Shown: in pieces, positions 62,786-64,000 of the stretch | Position numbering within the stretch: position 1 is the first letter of the stretch | Layout: each line of letters begins with the position of its first letter | Source of the DNA: Octopus bimaculoides | Lineage: Eukaryota | Direction of reading: 5' to 3' | Length of the DNA stretch: 64,000 bases | Assembly (NCBI RefSeq): GCF_001194135.2 | Contig: NC_068994.1 | Span: forward strand, 17,854,558-17,918,557 | Notes under the pieces: model-generated | What the model saw: only the letters and a program-made list of their open reading frames with translations | Database searches by the model: none | What the model was told of the DNA's origin: nothing | Made by a program: the position numbers and the translations under genes

Positions 62786-63347
62786 TGTCATCTTTCTTAT
62801 TACAGCTCTATTGTTAGTTAATACTTCATCCTGAAACATGTATACTGAGTTCTACACCAGGTTATTAGTCTTGCAATCTGTAAGCAAAATAAATGTGTGT
62901 ATGTGTGCAGGTATGGTTGTGTGGTAGGAAGCTTGTTTCCCAACCACCTGGATTTAGGTTCAGTCCCATTGACACCTTGGGCAAATGTCTTCCACTGTAG
63001 CCCCTGGTCACCCAAGCCTTGTTGGTTGATTTTATAGATGGAAACTAGAAGCCCGTCATATATGTGTGTGTTACCTTCTCCTTCCCATGTCATTTTGTAA
63101 TTGTTATAAACAAGTGTCACCATCATGCAAACTGCATCCTCTGTTTCCTATGTTCCATGCCTGGTTATGAGAGAATATTTCCTTGCTTGGAACCAGAGGC
63201 GAGGTTTGGTGACAGGCAGGGCATCTGGCCATAGAAAAACAAAATTCTTTCTCAACAAAATTCCATCTGAGCTATATGAGCATGGAAGAGTAAACCTCAA
63301 ACTGACTATGATGTAATAACATGAATATTTTTGTATTAAAAGTCTCC

Positions 63348-63388
<41 letters not shown>

Positions 63389-63395
63389 TTTTTTA

Positions 63396-63946
63396 CTTGC
63401 TTCAGTCATTTGACTTTGGCCATGCTGGAGCACTGCCTTGAAGGTTTCTAGTTAAACAAATTGACCCCAGGACTTATTCTTTTAAGCCTAGTATTTATTC
63501 CATCAATCTCTATTGCTGAACTGCTAAGTCATGGGGACATAAACACATCAACACCAGTTGTCAAGCAGTGGGGTGCGGGGACAAACAAAGACACATGCAC
63601 ATAGACATATATATGTGCTAATCCACCCCCAACAATAGAGAACAGTCGCCATATTCCCTTCCATATTAGCTAACTTTGATGAGTGTAAAGTTATATAGTT
63701 GGATTGTTACCTAACACTCCATTGTATTCTTTACGTGAGACTGATTGGTAAGATCAGCTCTGATGGATATCTAATACTATACATTTTGGATAATATATAT
63801 ATATAATGGGCTTTCAGTTTCTGTCTACCAGATCCATTCACAACGCTTTGGTTGTCCTGGGGCTATAGTAGAAGACACTTGCCCAAAGTGCCATGCATTG
63901 GGACTGAACCTAGAACAACATGGTTGAGAAGCAAGCTTCTTACCAC
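63396..63946 (-). mobile_element. SINE family A, reverse orientation, interrupted at about 63610-63800
   Basis: Tail at 63396-63600 and head at 63810-63946. Confidence 0.7.
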
Positions 63947-64000
63947 TTCAATTTCCACTTTTCCTTGTCGGGCAGAATTCATTCAGACAGATTTTTCTGT

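Overview
AT-rich eukaryotic draft scaffold with six N gaps, dense in SINEs, LINE fragments, DNA-transposon relics and microsatellites. The repeat families look like octopus/cephalopod ones (from recall, not verified). There are no prokaryotic features. The only host genes I can support are two tandem + strand paralogs of a HAUS8/augmin subunit 8 (QWRF-like) gene. Both were assembled by hand from short exons that the ORF track mostly misses. Copy 1 has 13 phase-compatible exons from 5700 to a stop at 34627 (about 495 aa in window), and its 5' exons lie upstream or in a gap. Copy 2 has a candidate ATG at 44417 and 8 phase-compatible exons to 62447 (283 codons), continuing past the window. Copy 2 keeps an open frame but lacks two frame-neutral exon pairs, one carrying the basic SRYMQ microtubule-binding motif. 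The two copies are very divergent in their N-terminal exons but nearly identical over a sharply bounded 93-nt tract in the first coiled-coil exon. Family assignments rest on remembered motifs and need database confirmation.
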